Below are positions 35,893 to 43,770 of a DNA stretch of 50,356 bases, one piece after another (positions within the stretch are counted from its first letter, which is position 1; every line of letters starts with the position of its first letter). Location of the stretch: the NCBI GenBank assembly GCA_020058085.1, contig JAGVER010000014.1:99747-150102 (forward strand). The letters are read 5' to 3'. Below the pieces are notes generated by a model, which saw only the letters and a list, made by a program, of their open reading frames with translations, was not told the origin of the DNA and made no database searches. This stretch comes from Candidatus Omnitrophota bacterium (GTDB lineage: Bacteria > Omnitrophota > Gorgyraeia > Gygaellales > Profunditerraquicolaceae). Both the position numbers and the translations under genes were made by a program.

Positions 35893-36790
35893 AGATAATA
35901 AGCCAAAGATATTTACCAAGATCAGAGGAAACAGGTTAGGGTTTTGGTTTTTTGAGTTCTTCTTAAAAGCCTTCGGCTTAAGAGGGGCATACGCTTTATT
36001 ATATGGCGTAGCACTGCATTACCTTCTTTTTGATAGAGAGGCTGTGCTAGGCGCGCTTAGTTATATAAAAAGAAGATTTCCGCCGGGTAAAAGTTTTTTA
36101 AAGAACAGGTTGCATGTTTATCGCTTGTTTGTTAGCCAGGGTAAGCAGCTTATTGACCGCTTTGCCGTATTATCGGGTAGGAATCTATTCGATATTAAAC
36201 TTAAAGGTTATGATGAACTAGTTGCTTTATTATCAGAAAAAAATAATGGGTTTATTCTTTTAACCGCGCATCTTGGTAACTGGCAGATTGCTTTGACTAC
36301 TTTAAAGAATATGCATAAGCCGGTTTATCTTATGATGCGCCCTGAAGATAACCCGGCAGTAAAAGAATCGCTCAAGATTGACGGTCAGGATAGCTTTATC
36401 AGGATTATTTCTCCTGATGGTTATCTGGGTGGAGTAGTTGAAGCGATGAATATCTTAAGAAGCGGAGGGATTCTTTCAATTATGGGAGATCGCAGATACG
36501 GTTTTGAAGGGATCGGAGTCTCCTTCCTAAACGATGAAGCTTACTTTCCTTTTGGAGCATTTAGTATTGCTGCGGCAAGCAATCTTCCGGTCGTAGTATT
36601 GTTGTCGGCGAAACTCCCCGGAAATAAATATGTTGTCGATGTTTCCAATATTTTATATCCGCGCTATAATAGTCCTAAAGATAAGAAAGAACAGTTAAAA
36701 AAGTATCTAGAGGAATTTGTCGGAATTTTAGAGAAATATACTTTGGAATACCCTTATCAGTGTTTTTTATTTCATGATGTTTGGAGTTAA
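35885..36790 (+). CDS. LpxL/HtrB-family lipid acyltransferase
   Basis: LLTAHLGNWQ resembles the HxGNWE active-site motif of lipid A late acyltransferases. 301 aa. Confidence 0.65.
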   Translation: MPKDNKPKIFTKIRGNRLGFWFFEFFLKAFGLRGAYALLYGVALHYLLFDREAVLGALSYIKRRFPPGKSFLKNRLHVYRLFVSQGKQLIDRFAVLSGRNLFDIKLKGYDELVALLSEKNNGFILLTAHLGNWQIALTTLKNMHKPVYLMMRPEDNPAVKESLKIDGQDSFIRIISPDGYLGGVVEAMNILRSGGILSIMGDRRYGFEGIGVSFLNDEAYFPFGAFSIAAASNLPVVVLLSAKLPGNKYVVDVSNILYPRYNSPKDKKEQLKKYLEEFVGILEKYTLEYPYQCFLFHDVWS

Positions 36791-36793
36791 TGA

Positions 36794-36835
36794 GGCCACA
36801 ACTTATGGAGCAAAGCGAACATAAGTTGTTCGGCC
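36794..36835 (+). promoter_or_regulatory. long intergenic hairpin A upstream of ACP-2
   Basis: GGCC-a-CAACTTATG [12-nt loop] CATAAGTTG-ttc-GGCC gives 13 bp with one internal loop. Confidence 0.5.
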
Positions 36836-36853
36836 GAATTAATCCCGTTGAGT

Positions 36854-36884
36854 GCAACAAAATTATCGTAGAGAATTTTGTTGC
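36854..36884 (+). promoter_or_regulatory. long intergenic hairpin B upstream of ACP-2
   Basis: GCAACAAAATT [atcgtagag] AATTTTGTTGC is a perfect 11-bp stem with no U-tract. Confidence 0.5.
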
Positions 36885-36925
36885 GTTGACGAGACGGGAT
36901 AAAGCAAATAACGAGAGGAGAAAAA

Positions 36926-37204
36926 ATGGAAGATAACAAAGAACAGGAACTAAAGGCGATACGCAAGAAATTGAAAGAATTATTAGTTAGCCATCTTTCC
37001 TTGGAAGATATTAAACCCGAAGAGATCAAAGATGACGAGATTCTTTTTGGTGAAGGGTTGGGTCTTGATTCCTTGGATGCAGTAGAGATTGTAGTCTTGC
37101 TGCAGCGTAACTTTGGTTTGGAAGTAAAAGATATGAATCAGGGGAGAAAAATATTTTATTCCGTGGATACCTTAGCAAACTATATTTACGAAAACAAAAA
37201 ATAA
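36926..37204 (+). CDS. acyl carrier protein (ACP-2)
   Basis: 92 aa with the LGLDSLDAVEIVV motif. GAGAGGAG RBS. Confidence 0.9.
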   Translation: MEDNKEQELKAIRKKLKELLVSHLSLEDIKPEEIKDDEILFGEGLGLDSLDAVEIVVLLQRNFGLEVKDMNQGRKIFYSVDTLANYIYENKK

Positions 37205-37207
37205 TTA

Positions 37208-38374
37208 ATGCCTGAAAATATTGCCATAACTGGATTAGGCTCAATTTCTGCCTGCGGGAATAATACCGAGGAAACCTTAGAGAGTTTTTCTTCTGGCAAG
37301 AGAAGCGCGGGTCCGGTATCCCTATTTAAAACAGAGCTGAAATACCCGGTTTTTGAGGTAAAGAATTTTTTTAATAAAGATATTTCTGTTATGCGTACAT
37401 TAAATCTTGCCTTTCAGGCATTGGCAGAGGCGGTTAGTGACGCAAGCTTGGAGGATTTAAGCGGCTATCGAGTAGGAATCTGTTTAGGCACGACCGTAGC
37501 CAGTCAGTTAAACGATATAGATTTTTATAAGACTTACCGTGAAAAAGGAAGCGCTCCGCTTGAAAGAGCAAAGCGTTTTTTAAATAGCAACCTTGCGCAG
37601 GCGGTGGTAGATTTTCTTAAAATTAAAACTAAATTTTGCTGTACTGTAGTAAATGCCTGTTCTTCTGGGACAGATGCAATTGGTCTAGGTTTATCTTGGT
37701 TACGCAATGACTATTGCGATATAGTTATTGCCGGAGGGGCGGATGAATTAAATCGTGTTCCTTTTGATGGTTTTGTTTCTTTAGGTGTAGTCAGTAATTC
37801 CCTATCTCTTCCTTTTGACCGGGAACGTTCTGGCCTTAATCTTGGCGAAGGAGCAGGAATAGTTATCCTGGAAAAAGAATCTATCGCGCTTAGAAGAGGG
37901 CGGAAACCGGACTTATTCCTTAAAGGATATGGCTTAGCAGCAGATGGTTATCATCTAACAGCTCCTCATCCAGAAGGAAAGGGCCTAGAGAAAGCCTTAA
38001 AAATCGCCTTGTCTGAGGCAGGTATAAATGTTGGTGGGGTTGCTTTTGTTAATGCTCATGGCACAGCCACAAAAGATAATGATAAGGTAGAGGGCGTAGT
38101 TTTAAAGAAAGTTTTTGGTCCGAAACTAAAATTTTTATCCACAAAAGGTTTTACCGGGCACACCTTGGGCGCTGCCGGCGGCTTAGAGGCAGTCTTTAGC
38201 GCTTTAGCTTTACGTCAAGGGTGGATTCCGGCAAGTAGCGGATTCATTAATCAAGATGATGAGATTGGCATTTCTCCGGTTCAACAAAAAACAGAGATAA
38301 AAGGTAGTCACGCAGTCTCTACTTCGTTAGCTTTTGGCGGTAATAATTCCGCCTTAGTAATCTCAAGGAATTAA
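37208..38374 (+). CDS. ketosynthase (KS-3)
   Basis: Cys in VVNACSSGTDAIG and His-His in NAHGTAT / GHTLGAAG. 388 aa. Confidence 0.87.
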   Translation: MPENIAITGLGSISACGNNTEETLESFSSGKRSAGPVSLFKTELKYPVFEVKNFFNKDISVMRTLNLAFQALAEAVSDASLEDLSGYRVGICLGTTVASQLNDIDFYKTYREKGSAPLERAKRFLNSNLAQAVVDFLKIKTKFCCTVVNACSSGTDAIGLGLSWLRNDYCDIVIAGGADELNRVPFDGFVSLGVVSNSLSLPFDRERSGLNLGEGAGIVILEKESIALRRGRKPDLFLKGYGLAADGYHLTAPHPEGKGLEKALKIALSEAGINVGGVAFVNAHGTATKDNDKVEGVVLKKVFGPKLKFLSTKGFTGHTLGAAGGLEAVFSALALRQGWIPASSGFINQDDEIGISPVQQKTEIKGSHAVSTSLAFGGNNSALVISRN

Positions 38375-38376
38375 TT

Positions 38377-39024
38377 ATGCGTATATCCGGAATTGGGGTT
38401 ATCTTGGATAAGAGCCGCAAAGATAAGTTTGTTTTAAAAGATATCCGTCGCGCAGACGACTTAATCAAGATGGCGGTATTGGCTGCTTATGACGCGTTTG
38501 TTGATAGTGGATTAGATAATAGCGCGAAGGATAATCTTGGTCTAATTTTGGCTACGGCTTTTGGGCCGCACGTAACTACATTTCGTTTCTTGGATGAAAT
38601 CTTAGATTATGGGGATGCCAATGTTTCGCCCACATTATTTTCGCATTCTGTGCATAACGCTGCCAATTCATATATATCTTCTAACTTGGGTATTCATGGT
38701 CCGACTCTAACTCTAACTAATTTTAGCGCATCTTTCTATCAAGCTCTCTTAGTTGCGCAAAGCTGGTTAAATGAGGGTAGATGCGAAAATATACTGGTCG
38801 GTAGTGTAGAACAATATGGGAAGGAGATGGAATATATTCTTTCTGGGGTAGCGCCTGAACTTAATTATAAAGAGGGGAGCGCGTTTTTCTTGGTTAGCGT
38901 AGGGGAGTGTTTAAAAAAATATTGCTCAATTTGTGTATTACCGTATCGAGATGAATTCGCTTCTGGTTTTAGCTTAGCCACGAGTTTACTTGAAGATAAA
39001 AGTAATAAAGGCACCCAATTCTAA
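38377..39024 (+). CDS. short ketosynthase-like partner (chain-length-factor-like)
   Basis: 215 aa. Starts 3 nt after KS-3. No catalytic Cys/His/His pattern. Parallels the 31532 gene. Confidence 0.55.
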   Translation: MRISGIGVILDKSRKDKFVLKDIRRADDLIKMAVLAAYDAFVDSGLDNSAKDNLGLILATAFGPHVTTFRFLDEILDYGDANVSPTLFSHSVHNAANSYISSNLGIHGPTLTLTNFSASFYQALLVAQSWLNEGRCENILVGSVEQYGKEMEYILSGVAPELNYKEGSAFFLVSVGECLKKYCSICVLPYRDEFASGFSLATSLLEDKSNKGTQF

Positions 39025-39055
39025 AGGATGAATTGGTGCCCATAACTATGGGAGG
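39012..39055 (+). promoter_or_regulatory. conserved two-hairpin intergenic RNA motif, copy 4
   Basis: CACC[C]AATTC - TAAAGGAT - GAATTGGTG, then CCCAT-AACT-ATGGG running into GGGAGG before ATG 39061. The upstream stop TAA is in the loop. Confidence 0.6.
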
Positions 39056-39060
39056 TAAGT

Positions 39061-39669
39061 ATGAGTATCTTGAGGAGGTTACTTGTGTCTTGTATTGTTG
39101 TTTTTGCCGCGGCATCTTTATTATGTGCTACTGATGCTGAAAGTACGGCGTATTACACAAGAGTAAATATCTGGTATGAGGATCCGGCAAAAATAGTTTC
39201 TACTAATTATCATCGTGGAGCAATTATTCCCTATGGTTCAAAAGTAAAGATCACAAGCAAGAGTGGTGAGAAGATTAAATTTACTGTTGAAGATCAAGCA
39301 GGTATTACATTTACTTTAACCAATATAAGTAAATATAGCCTGATGAGTCTGGATGAATTATCTAAGCTTTATTTTTCGCAGAATAATCCTAAGGCGCAGG
39401 GCGCAGAGTTTAGCAAGTTTGACGCACGGGAAAAAGAGAATATTGAGAATGGTACGATAGAGCAAGGGATGAGTAAAGAAGCAGTCATTGCTTCTTATGG
39501 CTATCCTCCTAAACATAAGACTCCCGCTCTTACCAGTAATGTTTGGAATTATTGGGATGCGCGCTCTGTCAGGAGATTAGTTACTTTTAAGAACAATAAA
39601 CTTACCAAACATGAGGAGATAAATGAATATGAGAGTGGGCGTCCGCGCTGGTACCATTACGTCCCATAA
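39061..39669 (+). CDS. secreted protein with a BamE/SmpA_OmlA-like C-terminal region
   Basis: N-terminal signal peptide (LLVSCIVVFAAASLLCA). GMSKEAVIASYGYPP resembles the BamE-type motif. The function is unknown. Confidence 0.45.
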   Translation: MSILRRLLVSCIVVFAAASLLCATDAESTAYYTRVNIWYEDPAKIVSTNYHRGAIIPYGSKVKITSKSGEKIKFTVEDQAGITFTLTNISKYSLMSLDELSKLYFSQNNPKAQGAEFSKFDAREKENIENGTIEQGMSKEAVIASYGYPPKHKTPALTSNVWNYWDARSVRRLVTFKNNKLTKHEEINEYESGRPRWYHYVP

Positions 39670-39684
39670 TATTTAAAGAATAAT

Positions 39685-39930
39685 ATGAAGCTAAAAGATA
39701 TAGAGGGAAAGCTCGGCCGGCAGCTTTCTATAATTCTAAGTATACCTGTCGTCGACCTTAAGCCCGAGATTCCCCTGCACGAATTAGGTGTTGATTCTTT
39801 AAGTTTTGTAGAGCTCCTGGTTTTTATTGAAAAGGAATTTAAGATAAAGCTTATGGAATCCGGAATTACCCGTGAAGATTTTAGGACGCTGCATTCTTTG
39901 GCAAGGTGCATTAATAAAATAACAGGATGA
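39685..39930 (+). CDS. acyl carrier protein (ACP-3)
   Basis: 81 aa with the LGVDSLSFVELLV motif. Confidence 0.85.
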   Translation: MKLKDIEGKLGRQLSIILSIPVVDLKPEIPLHELGVDSLSFVELLVFIEKEFKIKLMESGITREDFRTLHSLARCINKITG

Positions 39931-41198
39931 AGCGATATTTAACCGGAATTGATTGGATTATCCACGCTTTAGACTATAGTTCGCGCAAGAAAACCGGCAT
40001 AGGCAATACCTCGCAAGTTGTTTTAGAGTTAGACGGTTTTCTTAGCGAAGAAGTATTGAATGAACGTTTAAAGATAATCGCCTGTGAATTTCCGATCATT
40101 TTTGGTTATCCTTCCCGCGCCATTAATCTCTGCCCCTATTGGAAGAATAGCCATAAGCAAGGCGAGCTCCGTCTAAAGCTGCATCGTTTAAGTTCCGGTA
40201 GTGATTTTAACGATCTCATGAGAATCTTCTCAGAGGAACTAAACAAGCCTTTCTCGAACCAGAGGGAGCATCTTTTATTCAACCTTATATATCAGGGTAA
40301 ACGAAGCTTCTTAGGCATGATTTTTGATCACCGTTTGATGGAGGCTAGAGGGGCTGAAGCTTTTTTAGGTCTTTTAGGAGGCGGGCGCGGGCTTTCTTTA
40401 GGAGGCTCGCTTTATGAACCTAGCCATTTAAATAATTGGCTGGATAAATTTCGTGCCGGCCGTGAGGTGAATCGCGTTTTCTTAAATTTAACCGAAGGCA
40501 GGCCTAGGGCTTTAGAGCCGGTCCCTGATGGTGTTGGATCAGAATTTAAAATCATCAATTTTAATCAAGAAAGAAGTTCTAATATTACTCAAGATGCCCT
40601 TAGCCAAGCAGGTTATCTTATGTTCATGCCTTATATCCTAAGTAAAAGCATTATGATCTTACACCAAATATTCGAAGAGAGAAAAATCCTTCCCCAAGAT
40701 TATCTTATTCCAGTATCTATTGACACCAGGCCTAATGATCTTGTTAGAAAGGAGATATTATTTAACCATCTCTCTTTCTTTCTTTTTAGAATTACCGTGC
40801 AGGAGGCAGATAGTTTTCAATTGATCTTAAGTTCTGTTAAAGAACAGATGTATAATCAAATCAAGGTTCGTTTACCGCAGGCGATTAAGGAGGCAAGTTT
40901 CTTAATGCGCATAGCGCCTTTACCCCTTATTAATTCCATTCTTAAAATTATGAGTAAGGGAAATACTGCGTCATTTTCTTTTGCTTTTGTCGGAGAGGGC
41001 GCGTATGTTTCAAATAGTTTTATGCAAATTCCCGTAAAGAATATATTCCATTTGCCGCGTGTTCCTTTGCCACCGGGTTTAGGTATATTCTTTAATCAAT
41101 ATCAGGGGAATCTCAATGCAGTTTTCTCTTATGCCCATGGGTTATTAAGCGAAGATGAGATAGCAAGAGTAAGTTTAGGGATAAATTCTTTAGCATGA
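39927..41198 (+). CDS. condensation-domain-like acyltransferase (divergent HHxxxDG-type motif)
   Basis: 423 aa. FDHRLMEARGAEAFL aligns with the HHxxxDG motif of the C-domain / WS-DGAT / PapA5 superfamily, with Glu-Ala in place of Asp-Gly. It directly follows an ACP. There is no other support. Confidence 0.35.
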   Translation: MKRYLTGIDWIIHALDYSSRKKTGIGNTSQVVLELDGFLSEEVLNERLKIIACEFPIIFGYPSRAINLCPYWKNSHKQGELRLKLHRLSSGSDFNDLMRIFSEELNKPFSNQREHLLFNLIYQGKRSFLGMIFDHRLMEARGAEAFLGLLGGGRGLSLGGSLYEPSHLNNWLDKFRAGREVNRVFLNLTEGRPRALEPVPDGVGSEFKIINFNQERSSNITQDALSQAGYLMFMPYILSKSIMILHQIFEERKILPQDYLIPVSIDTRPNDLVRKEILFNHLSFFLFRITVQEADSFQLILSSVKEQMYNQIKVRLPQAIKEASFLMRIAPLPLINSILKIMSKGNTASFSFAFVGEGAYVSNSFMQIPVKNIFHLPRVPLPPGLGIFFNQYQGNLNAVFSYAHGLLSEDEIARVSLGINSLA

Positions 41199-42349
41199 GA
41201 TATAAGCGCATGAATTGCGATATATTGGTAGTTGGCGCAGGGGCCTCTGGTGTTGCTGCGGCAGTTGCTGCTGCTAAAAGAGGTGCTTCGGTTATTTTAC
41301 TGGAGCAAAATAAATTCCCCGGGGGTACAGCAATTATTGCTATGCATAATTTTATCTGTGGGGTAAGCCGCGATAGAAAAGGTTTATTAAGAGAAATTTT
41401 GAACAAAATTGCCCCGGGAGAACGACTGATAAAAAAAGGCAGGGTTTTTCTTTTGCCTTTTAAGAGAGAGCGGATGGTTTTAGGTTTAACCCAGATTATT
41501 AAGAACGAGAAGAAAGTCAGAGTTTTTTATAACAACAAAGTGGTATCGCTTCGGAGATTTAAGAACCGGGTAGTTTCAGTTATCAGCAAAAATGCTCGCG
41601 GCAGAATGTTGATTAACCCTAAGGTTGTGATCGATGCTTCAGGAAAAGGAGTTCTTATTAAATTAAGCGGAGCAAAATATAAGATATCCGCGTTAAGTAA
41701 AAAACAGCTTTCCGGTTTTAGTTTTATGGTCAAGAATATAAAAGGTAATAATGGAGCATTGGCTTGGAAGGTCCCCTATTCTTTAACTCAAGGTGCCCGG
41801 GCTGGAGAATTACCCAAATATTTTAAATTTAGTCTTTTCTCTTCGGGCTATTCTCAAGGCGAAGGATTTATTAGATTAAATATCCCTCCCCTAAAACAAG
41901 GGGGCAATAGTAAAATTACAAACAAGAAAGCTATCTTTATTCATAATTATCTGCGTAGGTCATTAGCTGAATTTAAGCATTCTTATATTAAGCAAGTATC
42001 TCCCTATCTTAGCGATCGCGAAGGTATAAGGCTTTTAGGGGAATATATTTTAAGAAAGAAAGACGTATTAGGCCAAAAGAAATTCCCGGATGTTGTGGCT
42101 TACGGGTATTGGCCAATTGAGTTTTGGCATAGAAAAAACGGCCCTTGTTTTACATATCTTAAAAAAGATGGTTTCTATGAAATACCCCTACGTTCTCTCA
42201 AGTCAAAAAACATAGATAATCTTTTTGCTACAGGCAGATGCATTTCGGCTGATCCCTATGCTTTGGCCTCAACACGGGTTTTGGGGACCTGTATTTCTTT
42301 AGGGGAGGCAGCAGGTATTGCCGCGAGTAAATTATGCGCATACTTTTAG
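41195..42349 (+). CDS. FAD-dependent oxidoreductase
   Basis: ILVVGAGASGVAAAVAAAKRGASVILLEQ..PGGT dinucleotide-binding motif. 384 aa. Confidence 0.7.
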   Translation: MRYKRMNCDILVVGAGASGVAAAVAAAKRGASVILLEQNKFPGGTAIIAMHNFICGVSRDRKGLLREILNKIAPGERLIKKGRVFLLPFKRERMVLGLTQIIKNEKKVRVFYNNKVVSLRRFKNRVVSVISKNARGRMLINPKVVIDASGKGVLIKLSGAKYKISALSKKQLSGFSFMVKNIKGNNGALAWKVPYSLTQGARAGELPKYFKFSLFSSGYSQGEGFIRLNIPPLKQGGNSKITNKKAIFIHNYLRRSLAEFKHSYIKQVSPYLSDREGIRLLGEYILRKKDVLGQKKFPDVVAYGYWPIEFWHRKNGPCFTYLKKDGFYEIPLRSLKSKNIDNLFATGRCISADPYALASTRVLGTCISLGEAAGIAASKLCAYF

Positions 42350-43770
42350 TTAAGCCATATCCAGAACTCTTAGTCGCCCGAAGATTGCAGGAAGGGTTTT
42401 TGCATCTTGAGCCATTAGAGCTTGAGATTGTAGCCGGCGGAGCCCCTTTAACCGAAGAAGTAAGAATTTTAGATTTAAGTTTAGAGGGGAATAGGCCTTG
42501 GGAAGTCTTTGATAAGACAATTAAGGATTGGTATCCGGATTTAGTAGGTTTTAGCGGTTATAGCACGAATGTCAATTTAGTCAAGAAACTGGCTCTTTTT
42601 GTCAAAAGCATTAATCCTAAGATTATAACTATGGTTGGCGGGATACACGCTACGTTGCTTCCGCAAGATTATGATATACCTGAAATTGATCTTATTGTGC
42701 GCGGAGAAGGTGGGTCGGTTTTACGCAAAATATTGGAACGGATTAGAGATAAAGAGCCGTTTTTCTTTGATAATGTTGTGCTTTCGCCTAAAGACCTGGA
42801 GTTTTCTAGTAAAGCACAATTATCTCCTCCTCCATATCCGGATCCGAGCGAAATACCAATGCCGCGCAGAGATTTAGTCAAGCGTGATCGCTACTTCTGT
42901 ATTTGGACTTCTAGTGATACCGGAAGGTTGAATAAATTATTTCCTCAAGTTGCCAGTATGCGCACATCAGTGGGCTGCGCGTTCTCTTGTTCTTTCTGTG
43001 TTATCCCGCACCTTATGCGTGGGAAGTATTTACAGTGGCAGCCGGAACGAGTAATTGATGAAATAGCCGCATTAAAAGAAAAATATGTATATTTTTTAGA
43101 CGACGAGATGTTTTTAAATATCGAACGTGTTAAAAAGATCGCCGAGCTCTTACTTAAACGCGGTATAAAGAAGAAATATATAAGTTGGGCTCGGAGTGAT
43201 ACGATCGTAAAGCATGCACATATTTTTAAGCTCTGGAAAGAAGCAGGGCTGGATACGCTTTATGTTGGATTAGAGTCTATGGATGAAGCAAAGCTCAATG
43301 AATATAAAAAGCGGCTTCCCGTTGAAACTAATCGTAAGGCAATCGGTATTTTACGCGAATTAGGGATTACTCTGCATGCTGCTTTTATCGTCCATCCGGA
43401 ATTTAGCGCCGATGATTTCCAAAGTTTAGAAAAAGAGGTTTTAGCCCTTTGCCCGGCAGAGGTAACTTTTACGGTTTTATCTCCTTCTCCGGGAACGCCA
43501 TTTTGGCATGAGAACAAAAATAGGTTTATCTGTGACCCGTATCGTTTCTATGACTGCATGCATACAATTTTGCCTACGCGCTTGCCTTTAAGGCGCTTCT
43601 ATCAGCATTTTAGTCGGTTGACCAATCTGGCTTTGCGCGCCAATCCTCTACGCGTGAATAAAATTAAGGTTCCTTTTAAAGACTTTATCAGGGCAATCAT
43701 TGCCGGGACAAAATATATTATTGCTTTACAATTGATATACCGAGATTATGTTTTTAAAAAAAATGAATAA
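42334..43770 (+). CDS. cobalamin-binding-domain radical SAM protein
   Basis: MRILLVKP... N-terminal B12-type domain and a TSVGCAFSCSFCVI CxxxCxxC cluster. 478 aa. Confidence 0.8.
   Translation: MRILLVKPYPELLVARRLQEGFLHLEPLELEIVAGGAPLTEEVRILDLSLEGNRPWEVFDKTIKDWYPDLVGFSGYSTNVNLVKKLALFVKSINPKIITMVGGIHATLLPQDYDIPEIDLIVRGEGGSVLRKILERIRDKEPFFFDNVVLSPKDLEFSSKAQLSPPPYPDPSEIPMPRRDLVKRDRYFCIWTSSDTGRLNKLFPQVASMRTSVGCAFSCSFCVIPHLMRGKYLQWQPERVIDEIAALKEKYVYFLDDEMFLNIERVKKIAELLLKRGIKKKYISWARSDTIVKHAHIFKLWKEAGLDTLYVGLESMDEAKLNEYKKRLPVETNRKAIGILRELGITLHAAFIVHPEFSADDFQSLEKEVLALCPAEVTFTVLSPSPGTPFWHENKNRFICDPYRFYDCMHTILPTRLPLRRFYQHFSRLTNLALRANPLRVNKIKVPFKDFIRAIIAGTKYIIALQLIYRDYVFKKNE

Noticed and set aside
34705-35910. 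Adjacent genes both start ATGCCTAA(G/A)GATAATAA (MPKDNK...).
   Set aside because: This is an 18-nt similarity only, and the proteins diverge immediately afterwards. It is probably chance or a shared AT-rich initiation context rather than a repeat element.
36675-37244. Minus-strand ORFs 36675-36860, 36787-37029 and 37026-37244.
   Set aside because: They overlap the acyltransferase end, the hairpin region and ACP-2/KS-3, which have strong motifs. They have low-complexity translations and no RBS.
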